Shown piece by piece: positions 61,701 through 64,000 of a DNA stretch of 64,000 nt. A model generated the notes under the pieces. It worked only from the letters and a program-made list of their open reading frames with translations, was not told where the DNA came from and searched no databases. Location: the NCBI GenBank assembly GCA_040954595.2, contig CM082581.2:6440699-6504698 (forward strand). Direction: 5' to 3'. A program made the translations under genes and the position numbers. Positions within the stretch are counted from its first letter, which is position 1, and the number at the start of each line of letters is the position of its first letter. Origin of the DNA: Balanoglossus misakiensis. Its lineage: Eukaryota; Animalia; Hemichordata.

Positions 61701-64000
61701 TCACAAAATTTTAAATTTTATAATAGCACCATTTGCCTGCTTGAAAAATTGATGTAGTTCTCTTGAAATTATTTGTTTTGATGTGTGTAGGGGTGTGTTT
61801 GTGTGTGTCTCATAGTGTCTGCGAGACAGAGTGAATTCAAGTTTCTGTGGGAATGAGTGAATAAGAATCACTCAACACAGCCTTACCTGTCCGTATGCAA
61901 TTTTCCCACCCATTACAGAAATTTCTTCTGTTATTGATTCAGGTACATGTTCAGCCACTTACCTCAATGGAGTCTTGCAAGTCTTTCAATTCCTTCTTCA
62001 CGTCGGTGTGGTTTGACCTGAGATCACTGACTTGTCGCTGAGCTGTCTTCAGATGCATCTGAGCACTGTCATGAGTCGTTTTTAGTTTCTCAATCTCCTG
62101 AGAAAAGAAAGAATTTTTTTTATTTCTATTTCCTTCACTGTTGTCACTTTTAGTTTTTACTTTATTGTAAAAGCACATTGAGATATAATTTATTATGTAA
62201 AGCGCTATATAAGAAATAAAAATTACGATTATGATGAAGTATCCTGAGGATAAACTGTTCAGGTGTAACTGTTCAAAAACCGTTCCACACACCTCATCTT
62301 TCTCTCTCAGTTGGAGTCTGAGCTCCAGGATCTCCTTATCAGCGTCCGTATAGTCCTTCTCGCCCTCCACCAGCTTCAGTTTATCCTTCAACATGGCTTC
62401 CTCCTTCTGCAGATCTTCCACGTTCTGCTCCGTCATCTCCAGCAGAGTCGTCTGCGCCTTCATCTGCTTGAACTCCTCCAGGGGCATGCGGATCATCTGT
62501 CCCGTGGCCAGGTCGTCTTCCAGGTTCTCCAGCTGTCTCTTCAGTGACGCCTTGGCGCGTTCCAGATGTTCGATCTTCGTGTTGGCCTCCTGGAGTTCCT
62601 CTTGGGTGACGGTCAATTCCTGTTCCAGTTCAGCAGATTGGGCACTCTGGAATAAGTTCACATGATGCATTGAGTATTTCATATTGTAAATTAAATATCT
62701 CTGCTGATATTAAAAGTCAGGAAAATCAAAATGAAACTTTGTCAGATTTCTTATCCTACAGGTGAACAAACAAAAATACAACTATAAGCACCACGGAATA
62801 CACCACAATTACCAAATTTAGTCATATGCCGGTAATATGCAATGACATCATAGACAGCTGTTAGTTTAGGGCACAGCTCAAATTTGAAAATCAAGTTCTT
62901 TTTCTGCAAAGATCACTCACCTTGTTCTCTAACAAAGCAATGCTGGATTCCATTTCTCGGATCTTATCCTTGTACGTGGTCTCCTTTTTCTCAAGTTGAC
63001 GGATATCGTCCTTCAAATGGCCCTCCTTCTTTTGCATCTCGTCCATCTTCTTCAGCGCCGATTCCTGCGACTCCTTCAGCTCGGCCACCTTCTCATCCAA
63101 GAGATCCTTCTCCAGTTTCAGCTGGTCGTTGTCCATCTTCAGCATCCTCTCTGCACTCTCCCGCTCTCTCACGCTGTGCCTGAGATCGATTTCGTTGTCC
63201 TCGAAGTCGGACACTTCCTTCTTGAGAGAACTCTCGGAGTTTTCGAGCTTCTTCAGTTTCTGTTTGAGGTTAGCGTCTTCTTTCTCTACCTCCTGCACTC
63301 GCTGCTTCAGCTTTTGCTCCGATTCCTCCAAGTCTTTGGTCTTCTTTTCTAGAGCTTTGTTGGTTTGCTTCAGCGTGGCTTCCATCTTGTCGAACGATTC
63401 CTCTGCCGTGCTCAGCTCATTCTGGACAGCTTCTTCAGATTTCTTGGCATCATATAATTTCTTCTGCAATGCCTTCTGTTCAATTTCCAATGAGCTTATT
63501 TTCTCTTCCAATTGTTCCTTTTCTGCGTATGCATTTTTCTTTAGTTCTTCCTGTTCGATCTTAAGATGCACCACTTTTTCTTTCAACTTAGTTTCTTGAT
63601 CTTGTATGTACGCAAAATCTTCTTCCAAAGTCTTGTGCAGCTTCTGTAGATTTTTCTCCCTCTTTTCATTCCTGGCACAATCTGTCCTCATCTCCTCTTT
63701 CTCATTTTCCAGTACCCGGACTTTCTCCTGAAGGGTTTCAATTTCTCTCTTTGCGTCTTTTTCTTCTTGCCTTTTAAGAACCACAATGTCGTTTCTCAAA
63801 CCTTCTTCTGACTTCTGTGTTTTTTCCACTTTAGCCTTGAGCTCTTTTTCTCTCTTCTCAGCCTTTGCGACTTTTTCCTTCAGCACGGCATGATTGTCTT
63901 CCTGCAGAGTCAGCTGCGTCTTCAGGTCCTTCTCTCGGTTCTCCAACTGTTCAATCCTCTTCTTCAGAGTGTTGGTCAGTTCCTTGTTCCGAAGATCCTG
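46709..64000 (-). CDS. Large coiled-coil protein with C-terminal RIM-binding-protein-type FN3 and SH3 domains (RIMBP-related, possibly C4orf50-like); 5'-truncated by the window edge
   Basis: Twenty GT-AG exons with compatible phases: >=64000-62921, 62646-62293, 62097-61963, 57091-55841, 54920-54873, 53823-53791, 52517-52392, 52081-52010, 51784-51668, 51495-51349, 51112-50945, 50775-50653, 50263-50207, 49724-49053, 48891-48459, 48163-47979, 47702-47493, 47358-47224, 47066-46989, 46840-46709 (stop); 5556 nt in total. Long E/K/L heptad coiled coil; FN3 (PPQPPSNFHV...ILLAWTPP...SNGAQVAGYKIY); SH3 (FVAVYSYNPLEHSPN...ELSFKEGDIISVYG...DGFYHGKLRGRKGLVPSNFVEEI). Confidence 0.85.
46989..47358 (-). CDS. 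Two exons encoding the RIM-BP-type SH3 domain
   Basis: 47358-47224 joined to 47066-46989 in phase 0; YNP..SPN, ELSF.EGDII.VYG, DGFY.G and GLVPSNFV match the RIMBP SH3 subfamily pattern. Confidence 0.9.
47493..48163 (-). CDS. Two exons encoding the RIM-BP-type fibronectin type III domain and linker
   Basis: 48163-47979 joined to 47702-47493; W in strand B and SNGAxVxGYxIY in strand C, as in RIMBP FN3 repeats. Confidence 0.82.
47796..47895. mobile_element. Tc1/mariner-pogo-type MITE remnant (100 bp, TA target duplication), intronic
   Basis: TA|CAGTGAAA...TTTCACTG|TA with internal repeated GGACAC/GGACAT motifs typical of pogo/Tigger-like MITEs. Confidence 0.75.
54015..54265. repeat. Degenerate intronic minisatellite (CATGAAATGAACATGAAA-like units)
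   Basis: ACCCATGAAATGAA and ACATGAAATGAC variants recur about five times; boundaries approximate. Confidence 0.55.
55841..57091 (-). CDS. 1251-nt exon of the coiled-coil/SH3 gene (disordered, Ser/Pro-rich with PxxP motifs)
   Basis: Within ORF 55685..57382; acceptor CCATTTCAG, donor GAG|GTAAAA; phase 0-0. Confidence 0.8.
62921..64000 (-). CDS. Large coiled-coil exon (runs to the window edge)
   Basis: ORF 62891..63946 stays open to 64000; E/K-rich heptads; donor AAG|GTGAGT. Confidence 0.9.

Overview
Eukaryotic (intron-rich metazoan, probably marine invertebrate) genomic DNA; no prokaryotic operon, rRNA or CRISPR signal, and most short six-frame ORFs are noise. I assembled three spliced minus-strand genes by hand from GT-AG junctions with consistent intron phases. 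(1) A 6-exon, ~449-aa basic, low-complexity/coiled-coil protein I cannot assign to a family (1507-13268). (2) A 3-exon, 291-aa IGFBP7/KAZALD1-like secreted protein (signal peptide, IGFBP, Kazal, Ig) with an added acidic Ser-Gly tail (21867-29687). (3) The 3' part (20 exons, ~1850 aa in window) of a very large coiled-coil protein ending in one RIM-BP-type FN3 and one RIM-BP-type SH3 domain (46709-64000, 5' end outside the window). A tRNA-Ala(AGC) gene lies at 43031-43103, close to a visible switch from CpG-rich to CpG-poor DNA. Repeats include three MITEs and three microsatellites. The most unusual signal is four ultra-short (14-26 bp) CA...TG palindromic inserts; three have perfect 7-bp target duplications, and they resemble P/Galileo-superfamily excision footprints. 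All assignments come from reading the sequence; no searches were run.
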